DNA from: an uncultured Chloroflexia bacterium
GTDB taxonomy: Bacteria > Chloroflexota > Limnocylindria > Limnocylindrales > CSP1-4
Direction of reading: 5' to 3'
Assembly: GCA_963712745.1 (NCBI GenBank)
Contig: CAVQJC010000004.1
Span: forward strand, 1-64,000
Length of the DNA: 64,000 nt
Shown here: piece by piece, positions 20,394 through 29,574 of the stretch
Layout of the letters: each line of letters opens with the position of its first letter
Position numbering within the stretch: position 1 is the first letter of the stretch
Translations under genes and position numbers: made by a program
Notes under the pieces: model-generated
What the model was told of the DNA's origin: nothing
Database searches by the model: none
The model's input: the letters and a program-made list of their open reading frames with translations, nothing else

Positions 20394-22405
20394 GCTGTCG
20401 CGACGCGGCACTCCTCCAGGATGGACGCGGCCCTGGCCCGCGCCTCGGGCGCGCCGGCCTCGAGCGCGTCCAGCGCGTCGTAGTAGTGGTCCCAGGCTCG
20501 CCGTTCGACCGCCAGCTCATCGGCCACCAACATGGGATGGCCATGCGTCTGGAGTATCTCGGCTACGCGTCGCGGAGCGTCAGCCGCGTACTCGCGGGCT
20601 TCGCCGGCCAGGCCTGAACCGAAGAGCCGCAGCGTCCTGAGTGCGACACGTAGCAGCACCAGCGTCTGGGGCATGGGCGAGGCGAAGCAGCCCGTGAACG
20701 GGTCGAGCAGCCGGTGCACGGCCGCGCGCTCCGCACCGCCCATCCCGAGGGCCTCCACGTAGGCTGAGAAGACGAGGATGCGTACGTCGTCGCCGATGAG
20801 CTTGCCGACCTTGGCCGCGGCCATCGATCGTCCTGCGAAGGCCTCCTTGTCGTGGCGCATGATCAGCCCGGCCCCGTGCGCGTAGCCGAGCCGGGCGCCG
20901 GAGCGACCCAGCACCGACAGCAGGTAGGCCTGGTCCTCGGCACGGCCGACCCAGGTCGGCGTGAATGGCCGGTGCCTGCGCAATGCGTCGATGCGGATGC
21001 CGTTGGTCCCGCCGGTCACGTGTACCCGTTGGAGGGCCCGTGTCAGGCCGTCCACGACCAGCCCGTCGTAGCGCTCCATCATCTCGGCGCGGGTGGATAT
21101 GGCCTGTGGCAGGCCGCTGAAGAAGACGTGCTCGTCGAGGGCCGGCATCCGCTCGGGGATGGGCACGTCAGGGGTGAACAGCCCCTTCTCGATGTCCCGC
21201 TCGTTGACGAGTGCGCCGGCCAGCATGCCCAGCTCCAGCTCGGTGTCGTCCTGGGCCCGCGCGGTCGCGCCCCAGAGCGGAGTCCGCAGATGCCCGAACA
21301 TGGTCTTGCCGGTCTCGGCCAGCAGCGCCCCCTGCGGGAAGACCTGGTCGAGGTCGATCTTGAACGTGGCCCGCACCGCCGGGTCGACGGCCACCTGCCA
21401 GAGGGCCGCCACCGCCTTCAGGAACGAGTAGTGACGGCCGTAGTGTCCGTTGACGCCGAAGACGCGCTGCAGGCCATCGGCCGACTCTGATCCGGCGCTG
21501 CCCAGTGCTGGAACGAGCACCTCTTCCACAAGCCGCCGGGTCTCGTCCTCGGTCACCACGATGACCTCGACGTGCTGCAATCGGCCGTCGCGGGCGAGTT
21601 CCGCCTCGACGTAGCGGCGGGCGGTGGGAGCGAGGCCGTCGTGGGTCACGCTCACCGAGAGCAGGCAGGTGACCCGCCCGGAGTCCGGCTCGGCGGCGAT
21701 GGCATCGTCCAGGCCGCGCAGGCCGTAGAGCAACTCGTTGGCCGCGGGCTCAACGCCGATCTGGATGGGATGGTCGAACCAGTAGCGCTGCGGTTCGTGC
21801 ATGGCAGCACGGATGGCGTCGCGCAGATCCGCGGGGTAGGGGAGTGCCTCGATGTCGGTCGTGGCATCGGGCACCGTCAGCAGGACGTTGGAGGTAAAGA
21901 GCACCTCGCTCGACGGGTCAACGATAGGGTCGTCGGCGAGCTGCTCGATCTCGACGGTGCGGTCGTGGCGCAGCGCGGCCACGTGGGTGTTCTCATGCCC
22001 GCGCATGCCGACGGCCTGGGGGAAGAGCGCGAGCCAGATGGCCTCGCTCGCGTCTGTCGCGCTCGATGCCGTCTCGAGCATCCCGACGGCGGAGTCCCAT
22101 CGGGCCGCGGCCGCGGGATCCGCGTCGAACAGGCGGCGCAGTTCGCCTTCCATCCGCTCCAGTCCGTCGCGATAGAAGCCGGCCTGCTCGGCCGCCTGCG
22201 GCGGTGGGTCCGCGAGGATGGCCCGGGCTCGATCGTGGTCAGGGTGGGTGGGACCGCCAGCGATGACCAGGAAGGCTGCCGCTACCTGTGCCATGGGCTC
22301 GGTGTCGTCCGCCAGCCATCTCGCGGCATTGAAAAGCGGCAAGCCGGGAGCGGTGGCTTGCGGGTCGAGCGCGTGGCTGAGCAGGGCGGTCAGTCGGGGG
22401 TCCAT
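20390..22405 (-). CDS. Large hypothetical protein, possibly GT-A fold
   Basis: Long ORF with enzyme-like motifs YGRHYSFLKA, FKIDLDQ, HVTGGTNG, GRAEDQAY, IMRHDK. Confidence 0.75.
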   Translation of the reverse strand: MDPRLTALLSHALDPQATAPGLPLFNAARWLADDTEPMAQVAAAFLVIAGGPTHPDHDRARAILADPPPQAAEQAGFYRDGLERMEGELRRLFDADPAAAARWDSAVGMLETASSATDASEAIWLALFPQAVGMRGHENTHVAALRHDRTVEIEQLADDPIVDPSSEVLFTSNVLLTVPDATTDIEALPYPADLRDAIRAAMHEPQRYWFDHPIQIGVEPAANELLYGLRGLDDAIAAEPDSGRVTCLLSVSVTHDGLAPTARRYVEAELARDGRLQHVEVIVVTEDETRRLVEEVLVPALGSAGSESADGLQRVFGVNGHYGRHYSFLKAVAALWQVAVDPAVRATFKIDLDQVFPQGALLAETGKTMFGHLRTPLWGATARAQDDTELELGMLAGALVNERDIEKGLFTPDVPIPERMPALDEHVFFSGLPQAISTRAEMMERYDGLVVDGLTRALQRVHVTGGTNGIRIDALRRHRPFTPTWVGRAEDQAYLLSVLGRSGARLGYAHGAGLIMRHDKEAFAGRSMAAAKVGKLIGDDVRILVFSAYVEALGMGGAERAAVHRLLDPFTGCFASPMPQTLVLLRVALRTLRLFGSGLAGEAREYAADAPRRVAEILQTHGHPMLVADELAVERRAWDHYYDALDALEAGAPEARARAASILEECRVATA

Positions 22406-22589
22406 GCGGGATCCTGTGGTGGCGGTCGAGGGCGAGGTGTGAATCGGGGAGCCGGGGTCAGGATGCCATGGTTCCCCGTTGACTCGCGACAACAGAACGG
22501 ATGCCACCTCGGTGCACTCTGGTGTGAAGATAGGCGAGAAGTCCCGGCGCTTCGGGACCACCGGCCCTGTGTGACAGGGCAACCACCAG

Positions 22590-22626
22590 TCGCCTGCCGA
22601 AGTACCAAGAATCGCCTGCCGAAGTA
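22590..22626 (+). repeat. 15-bp direct repeat tcgcctgccgaagta (period 22) just before an RBS
   Basis: Copies at 22590-22604 and 22612-22626. Confidence 0.85.
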
Positions 22627-22644
22627 GCAGGAGGAGAGACTATC

Positions 22645-22983
22645 GTGCGCAGGATCATCGCGATCGCCGGAGCGGTCGCACTCACAGCAGCAGTGGCAGC
22701 GCCGGCCGTGGCTACCCCGCCGGACGAAGACGGTAACCACAAGGTGCTCGTCTGTCACGCCACTAGCCGGAACAGCGACGACTACTACAACCGGATCATC
22801 GTGGACATCGCGGCGACTTCCGAGAAGGACGAGCGTGTGATCGCCACCCACTTCCTGCACACCGCGGAGGGCGCGCCGAACAAGCACGACAAGGACGGCA
22901 ACCTGCGGTTCGACCTCATCTTTGAGGGCTGGTGGGAAGACGGCGACGAGCCTGAGTGCACGTCCAACGAGCCCCCCGGCTGA
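22645..22983 (+). CDS. Small secreted protein with a KVLVCHATS...H...H module
   Basis: Strong RBS AGGAGGAG, signal peptide. Confidence 0.8.
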   Translation: MRRIIAIAGAVALTAAVAAPAVATPPDEDGNHKVLVCHATSRNSDDYYNRIIVDIAATSEKDERVIATHFLHTAEGAPNKHDKDGNLRFDLIFEGWWEDGDEPECTSNEPPG

Positions 22984-23010
22984 GCACGCTCCCGTAGCGG
23001 CAAAGTGGAC

Positions 23011-23040
23011 GAGACGCCCTTCCGGTCGGAAGGGCGTCTC
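23011..23040 (+). terminator. Strong stem-loop after the small secreted protein
   Basis: gagacgcccttccg-gt-cggaagggcgtctc, perfect inverted repeat. Confidence 0.7.
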
Positions 23041-23059
23041 GCATGGTGCTCCCCGTCGA

Positions 23060-23509
23060 CCCGATGTCAGAATCGCTACCAGCGATACCGGGAGATGCCG
23101 GAGCGATGTCCGACTCCCACCCCGTGGCGATGTCTGCGACCTACGATTCCCATCGGCGCACTCCGAGCCGGAGGTTTGGGCCCGGTTTGCCACGCGACCT
23201 GGTCAGGAAGCTCGAGATGTGGGTAGCGACTGAGGACGACGAGATCGTGGGCTTGGTCGCTTCCTCGTCGACCATGGTCGAGCCGCCCTACGTCGACCCC
23301 GATCACACGGGGCAGTCATCGGTTCCCGCCTGCTTGAGCACGCGAGGGCGCGTCGGCCCGACGGTCTCGAGCTCTGGACCTTCCGGGTCGATGATTGTGT
23401 TGGCCGCCTCCAAGTACGGCACGGCTTCGAAGCCGTAGAGTTCGGGGACGGCAGTGCCAATGAGGAGGGCCAGCGGGACGTGAGCTACGTATGGAGGTCA
23501 GGGTCGTGA
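23060..23509 (+). pseudogene. Degraded GNAT acetyltransferase
   Basis: WVATEDDEIVG...YVDPDHTG, then after a frameshift IGSRLLEHAR...LELWTF...RHGF....DGSANEEG..D..YVW; 5' boundary approximate. Confidence 0.7.
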
Positions 23510-24088
23510 GGCTTCGCATGGCCATCGGGGTCCTGGGGCTGTCGCTCCTCGCCGCCGGCTCGAGTCGCAGCGGCGTCTTCGCCGAGGACGAGGAGATCCA
23601 CCCCGTCGTCGGGCGCTGGAACGTGGTCGCTGAGACCGGTGGAGCGGTGTGGACGTTCCAGCCGGACGGGCAGCTCCTCCTCATCGGGCCGGGCGAGATC
23701 GATCTCTGACGGCACGTGGACACCCGCGACTGCCGAGCGAGGATTCGACGCCGAGGTCGCCGTCGAGATCACCGGGCAGCAGCTGGCCGTCACCGGCGAG
23801 GTATCGCCGGATCTGCGCCAGGTCACCCTCCGTGTCGCCGCGACGGAGCCGGTAGACCCGTCGGCCTGGACGCCGTGGCCGCCCGAGTCGCACCTCTGCG
23901 GCGAGCGGTTCAGCATGCTCCTCGAAGCAGAGCCGCCGTCGAGCGCAGACCCGACGCCCGGCGCGGACCCGACGCCCGGCGCGGAGCCGACCCTGACCGC
24001 AGCTCCCGCTCCGGGTAGCCCACTGGCAGCACCGACGCTCAAGCCGGATCTGTGCGACCAGACGGAGCCCCAAGGGGAGCAGAACTGA
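23506..24088 (+). pseudogene. Secreted hypothetical protein with one frameshift (~23705)
   Basis: Signal peptide, HPVVGRW...WTFQPDG continuing into DGTWTP in another frame; 18-bp tandem repeat at 23948-23991. Confidence 0.6.
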
Positions 24089-24094
24089 CGGATC

Positions 24095-24239
24095 CCCGTT
24101 CAACGGGTGAACGCGACGCGCCGGGCGCTGGGTACGCGGGAACGTGCCGCTGAGTGGGACGCCGTGACAGTCCTTCCCGTTGACCGGGCAGAACGCGGCA
24201 TCAGCGGGTCCGGCCTGTCGCACTGTCCCGCTAAGCGGC
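24095..24239. repeat. BIME/REP-like palindrome array, copy 1
   Basis: Four CCGYTNARCGG-like palindromes at 24096, 24147, 24177 and 24228; homologous to 28123-28266. Confidence 0.85.
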
Positions 24240-24324
24240 TAACGCCCTGACCTTGGCACGCTCGACATCGGAGCCGTTCCGTCCTGGCGCCTGGCCCCTT
24301 GCAGCGGCTGCTACACTTGGGCAG

Positions 24325-24957
24325 ATGACTAAAACAGATGCCCAACACGCCCAAGAGGATGGCGTACGGCCGGCCAGCGGCGAGGTCACGCGAGCGCGGC
24401 TCATCGATGCTGCCGCGTCGCTCGTCGCGGAGCGCGGCTGGGGCTCGGTCACCACGCGCGCAGTCGCGGAGCGCGCCGGAGTCAACCAGGCCCTCGTGCA
24501 CTACCACTTCGGCAACATGGAGAACCTGCTGGCAGAGGCAGTCCTGTCGCGCCTGCAGCCGGTCATCCAGGACCTGGCCGCTGAGCTCCTGGACGATCGC
24601 CCCTTCCCCGACGGCATCGTCCGCACCATGCAGCAGCTCGACCAGTTCGACCTCGAATCGGAGACCGGCGTGCTCATGGCCGAGGCGCTGCTGAAGGCCA
24701 CCCGCGATGAACGCGTGGCGGAGGCCATGAGCGGCGTCGTGGGGTCGTGGACCGAGATGCTCGAGCCGCGCGTCCTCACCGCCCAGGAACGAGGCACCAT
24801 CCGCGCCGACATCCCGGCCGGCGCCATCGCCCGTGTCCTGGCCGCCGTGTTCGACGGGTATCTCATCCAGCGCATGGCCGACCCGACCACCGACTCCGCC
24901 GCCGCCGCGGCCACCGTCATCAAGATGCTCGCACCCATGGAGGAGGGGACCACATGA
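24325..24957 (+). CDS. TetR/AcrR family regulator
   Basis: TRARLIDAA...VTTRAVAERAGVNQALVHYHFG. Confidence 0.92.
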   Translation: MTKTDAQHAQEDGVRPASGEVTRARLIDAAASLVAERGWGSVTTRAVAERAGVNQALVHYHFGNMENLLAEAVLSRLQPVIQDLAAELLDDRPFPDGIVRTMQQLDQFDLESETGVLMAEALLKATRDERVAEAMSGVVGSWTEMLEPRVLTAQERGTIRADIPAGAIARVLAAVFDGYLIQRMADPTTDSAAAAATVIKMLAPMEEGTT

Positions 24958-25706
24958 CCGCCACGGCCACAGCCCAGGATGCCCCGACAGCGCCCGGGGT
25001 CCTGCCGGTCATCAGCCTCGAGGACGTCGACAAGACGTTCGGCGAGGGCGAGCTGGCGGTCCACGCGCTGAGCGGCGCCACGCTCCAGATCGAGCGCGGC
25101 CAGTTCGTGGTCGTGCTGGGCCCGAGCGGCTCGGGCAAGACCACGCTGATGAACCTGATCGGCGGCATCGAGCCCGCCACGGCGGGACGGATCGTGGTCG
25201 ACCAGCAGGACGTCACCGGTCTGGACGAGGCCGCGCTGACCGAGTACCGCCGCACGCACGTGGGCTTCGTCTTCCAGTTCTACAACCTCATCCCCACGCT
25301 CACGGCCATGGAGAACGTGGCCCTGGTGGGCGAGCTGGTGGGTGCCGGCGAGGACGCTGCGGCCAAGACGCTCGAGGAGGTCGGGCTGGCCGACAAGGCC
25401 GATCGCTTCCCCAGCCTGCTGTCGGGTGGAGAGCAACAGCGTGTGGCCATCGCGCGGGCGCTGGTGAAGCACCCCACCGTGCTGCTGCTCGACGAGCCCA
25501 CCGGCTCGCTCGACCTGGAGACCGGCCGGGCCGTCCTGGGAGCCCTGCGCAGCGCGGCCCGGTCGTTCGGCTCCACCGTCCTGCTGGTGACGCACAACTC
25601 CGCCATCGCCAGGATGGCCGACCGGGTCATCCATCTCCACTCGGGGTCGGTGGTCGAGGACCGGCTCCAGCCGGAGCCTCTCGACGCCTCGGAGTTGCAG
25701 TGGTGA
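24954..25706 (+). CDS. ABC transporter ATP-binding protein (LolD/MacB-like)
   Basis: GPSGSGKT, GFVFQFYNLIP, LSGGEQQRV, DEPTG. Confidence 0.93.
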   Translation: MTATATAQDAPTAPGVLPVISLEDVDKTFGEGELAVHALSGATLQIERGQFVVVLGPSGSGKTTLMNLIGGIEPATAGRIVVDQQDVTGLDEAALTEYRRTHVGFVFQFYNLIPTLTAMENVALVGELVGAGEDAAAKTLEEVGLADKADRFPSLLSGGEQQRVAIARALVKHPTVLLLDEPTGSLDLETGRAVLGALRSAARSFGSTVLLVTHNSAIARMADRVIHLHSGSVVEDRLQPEPLDASELQW

Positions 25707-28094
25707 GCATCCTGTCGCGCGCGCTGTGGCGCGAGATCCGACGTCGCCCGGCGCAGTTCATCTCGGTGAGCCTGGTCATCGCCCTCGGTGTGGGACTGTT
25801 CACAGCCTCGTTCGACGCCTTCCTGAACCTCAGTGACTCGTACGAGCACATGTACCGCCAAACGAACCTGGCCCACGTCACGGCCATCGGCGGGGCCGAC
25901 CGATGCGGTCCTCGCCGCCGGCGACGAGATGCCCGAGCTGGAGGCCTCGCGGGCCCGCACGGTGGCCGACGTGCCCTTCCGGCCACGCGAGGGCCACACC
26001 CTGATCGGCCGCGCGGTGGGCCTGCCCGCGACCGGCCATGCGCCGGTCAACGACGTCGTCATCACCCAGGGCACGACGCTCGATCCGTCAGTGCCCGCCG
26101 GCGTCGTGGTCGAACAGCACATGGCCGCGCACTTCGCCCTGGAACCCGGCGACAGCCTGGAGGTCTCGACGCCCGACGGCTGGACCGAGGTGGAGGTCCT
26201 CGGCGTGGCTGCCTCGCCCGAGTACCTGTGGCCGGCCAAGAGCCGCCAGGAGGTCCTCGTCCTGCCCGACGACTTCGGGGTCATCTTCGCGGCCGAGGAG
26301 TTCGTGGGCGGGCTGGCGCCCGCAGCCCAGCGCCATGAGACCCTCTTCCGGCTGGCCGACGATGCCTCCGGTGCGGCGGTCGAAGACGCGCGCAGCGCGG
26401 TGCTGGCGGCGGGCGCACGGGATGCCTACATCCTCGATGAGCAGCCCTCGAACGCGGCCCTGCAGGAGGACGTCTCCGGTTTCGCCGAGATGTCGGTCAT
26501 GTTCCCGGCGTTCTTCCTCGTCGCGGCCGCCTTCGCCACCTACGTGATGCTTGGCCGCATGATCGCCGGCCAGACGGCCAACATCGGCACATTGCGCGCT
26601 TCCGGCTTCAAGAGCCGCACGATCGTGTGGCACTACGCGGCGATCGGAGTCGTCGTGGGGATCGTGGCTTCGGCCATCGGTATCGTCCTGGGAGCCCTGC
26701 TGGCCGAGGCCATCACGCGCCTGTATACCGGTGCCCTCAGCATCCCCGCGGCCATCATCGAGGTTCGCCCCACCACCATCGCCATCGGCTTCCTCACGGG
26801 TGTGGCCACGGGCTTCCTGGCGGCCTACTTCCCGGCGCGCAGCGCGGGCCGCATCACGCCGGCCGTGGCCATGCGTGGTCAGCTTCCGCCAGGGGGTGGC
26901 GGTGAGTCACTCCTGGAGCGGATCATCCCGCCGCTGCGGAACCTGCCGGTACGCTGGCTCTCGGCCATCCGCGGCCTGGGTCGTGCCCGTCGTCGCAGCG
27001 TGGCCTCGATCGTAGGCGTGATGCTGGCGACGATGCTGGTCATCGTCTCGTGGGGCTTCATCGACAGCATCCAGGTGCTGCTCGACCGCCAGTTCGTCCA
27101 GATCCAGCACTATGACGCTCAGCTGCACGTGGCCGGGCGCCCCGCCGAGGACGTGATGGCGGACGTGATCGCCGTCGAAGGCGTGGACGAGGCCGAGCTG
27201 GGCCTGGTGGTGCCGGTCTCGGTGGCCGGACCGGATGGTTCGTACACGACGACGCTCACGGCACTCCAGCCCGGCTCGGACATGCACGTGCTCATCGGGC
27301 CCGATGGCTCAAGCGACTGCCTGTCCCGCCCGAGGGCGTGGTCCTGGGCGAGATCGCTCGAGTCCGAACTGGGGGTGGCAGGCGGGGACAGTGTGTCGCT
27401 CGATGTGGCGGGCATGCTCGAGCTGCCGGACGTGGCCGTGGCCGGTTTCGTCAAGGAACCGCTGGGGACGTATGCCTACGCCTCGCTCCCATATGCCATC
27501 GGCTTGGTGCGCGAGACGCTCGGGCCACTGCTGGCGGCCGGCGAGAGCCCGGCCAACCTCATCATGCTCACCTTCGACGAGGGCATCGACGGGGCAGCCA
27601 TGCGGGCCCCCCTGAGCGCGGTCGAGGGCGTGGAGGCCTACGTCGACTCCGACGCGCTGTATGAGCTGGCCCAGGAGTACATGAGCCTGTTCTACGTCTT
27701 CGTGGGGGTCATGGTCGTGCTGGGCGGCATCCTGGCCTTCGCGCTCATCTACAACACGATGTCCGCCAACATCTCCGAGCGCCAGGGCGAGCTCGCGGTG
27801 CTGCGCACGCTGGGCCTATCGCGCCGCATGATCGGCTCGATGGTCACCGCCCAGAACCTGCTGCTGACCGTCATCGGCCTGGTGCCAGGGCTGATCTTCG
27901 GCTGGCTCCTGGCCTGGGTCTTCATGTACGCGTTCAGCTCGGACATGTTCACCTTCGAGCTCTATATCCGACCCCTGACGTTCGTGCTCACGGCGGCGGC
28001 CATCGTCATCGTGGGTCTGCTCTCGCAGTGGCCGGCACTGCGAGCGGTGGCCAGGCTCGACCTTGGCCTGATCATGCGCGAGCGTTCGTTCTGA
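25703..28094 (+). pseudogene. FtsX/MacB-like ABC permease with a frameshift (~25895) and apparently compensating indels (~27310-27355)
   Basis: N-terminal ILSRALWREI...FISVSLVIALGV in one frame; rest in ORF 25833-28094 with IGTLRASG and ELAVLRTLG motifs. Confidence 0.8.
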
Positions 28095-28122
28095 CCAGCC
28101 TCCGCGCACGGTTTGCCGGTTG

Positions 28123-28266
28123 CCGTTCAACGGGTGAACGTGACGCGTGGGACCTTCGACGGGTAGGACCTTGCCGCTGAGCGGCAGACGGTGACCGCGA
28201 TTCCCGTTGAACGGGCAGAACGCGACGCCGACGGCGTCCGGCTGGTCGAACTGGCCCGCTGGACGG
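28123..28266. repeat. BIME/REP-like palindrome array, copy 2
   Basis: Palindromes at 28123, 28174, 28204 and 28256; colinear with copy 1 (offset 4027-4028). Confidence 0.85.
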
Positions 28267-28554
28267 CAGATGCCCAGACCAGGCACCCCTCACCAGCACC
28301 GTCGCCACTGCCCCGAGCACGCCGCCCATTGCCCTCGTTCCATGCCGCGGCCGCCGGTATCAGCGCTCAAGCGCCCTTGAGGGCGCCGTGCCGGGGGACC
28401 TGCTTGGGACGCGACCAACGGCCCGGGGGTGCCGCGGGCCCGGCCTGATACGCTCGGACACGACAACCCGCATCGGTGGTCTGGAGGCGCGCGTTCACCC
28501 GGGCCTGGAGGGGCAGCCGCGATGCGCTCTCGACGCTGTCCGCCAAGGAGTTCG

Positions 28555-29574
28555 ATGCTCTCCATGACTGCCGTCCCCCGCCGCGACTTCGTGCTCGCGA
28601 CCGCCGTCGCGCTGCTCACGTCCCTGAGCCTGGCCGCCTCCATCGTCGGAGCTGAGCCGAGCGCGGATCCCGCCGCTCCTCCCGTCGCCGGCTCGGTCAC
28701 CGTCTACACCTCGGTCACCCAGGACACCGTCGATGCGGTGCTGGCAGCACTCGGCGAGACGCATCCCGACCTGGTCGTCAAGATTCTCCGGGCACCGACC
28801 GGTGAGCTCGACGCGCGCATCGCCAGCGAGCAGCGCAGCGGGGGCATCGGGGCCGACGTGCTCTGGATGACCGACCCCCTGTCCGTCCAGCGATACGAGG
28901 CCGAAGGTCTGCTGGCGCCGCTGCCGGCCGAGGGCTTCGAGGACGTGCCGTCCGAGTACCGCGGGGAGACGTTCGTGGGTACTCGTCTGTTGAACCTGGT
29001 CATCGTGGCCGGTTCCGAGCTCGACCCCATGCCCACCACGTGGAGCGACCTGGCAGATCCAGCCTACAGCGGTCGCGTGGCCATTCCCGACCCCGGGTTC
29101 GCCGGCTCGGCCTTCGCCGCGCTGGGCTACTTCGGCACCTCCGACGAGTACGGCATGGACTTCTATGCCGCCATGGCGGACAACGGCGCGGTGCAGGTGC
29201 AGTCGCCGGTCGACGTCATCACCGGTGTGGCCGAGGGCAACTACGACGCGGGCATCTCACTCGACAACATCGTGCGGGCGACGGCTGCCAAGGGCTCGCC
29301 CATCGAGCTGGTGTGGCCGGAGTCCGGCGCCATCGCCGTGTTCAGCCCGGCCGCAGTGGTGGCCTCGACAGACGATCCTGCCGCGGCGGCCGCGTTCACC
29401 GAGTTCCTCGTCTCCCCGGCAGGCCAGTCGGCCATCGCCAGCACCGGCTGGCAGCCCGTCCGTGACGATGTCGAGTGGCCCTACGAGGCCGCAGTGGTCA
29501 CGCCAGACTGGAGCGAGCTCTACGGCAGCCAGGAGCAGCTGCTGGAGGATTACTACGCCATCTTCGGTGACTGA
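28555..29574 (+). CDS. ABC transporter substrate-binding protein (Fe3+/thiamine-type, AfuA-like)
   Basis: VTVYTS, TGEL..RI..E, ADVLW, PTTWSDL.DP.Y.G. Confidence 0.88.
   Translation: MLSMTAVPRRDFVLATAVALLTSLSLAASIVGAEPSADPAAPPVAGSVTVYTSVTQDTVDAVLAALGETHPDLVVKILRAPTGELDARIASEQRSGGIGADVLWMTDPLSVQRYEAEGLLAPLPAEGFEDVPSEYRGETFVGTRLLNLVIVAGSELDPMPTTWSDLADPAYSGRVAIPDPGFAGSAFAALGYFGTSDEYGMDFYAAMADNGAVQVQSPVDVITGVAEGNYDAGISLDNIVRATAAKGSPIELVWPESGAIAVFSPAAVVASTDDPAAAAAFTEFLVSPAGQSAIASTGWQPVRDDVEWPYEAAVVTPDWSELYGSQEQLLEDYYAIFGD

Noticed and set aside
22520-22630. Lysine, glycine or c-di-GMP riboswitch
   Set aside because: Only short words (gaagatag, gccgaag) are shared; length and conserved cores do not fit.
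23948-23991. 18-bp tandem repeat as a functional DNA element
   Set aside because: It encodes a Pro/Thr-rich linker (DPTPGA) within a secreted protein.
24095-28266. Palindrome arrays as CRISPR arrays
   Set aside because: Repeats are only ~11 bp, spacing alternates 51/30, linkers are homologous between the copies, and no cas genes are present.
28420-28510. TPP riboswitch upstream of the Fe/thiamine-type ABC operon
   Set aside because: ggggtgc is present, but the CTGAGA and CCTGATC..G.TAA..CC.GCG.AGGGA core is missing.
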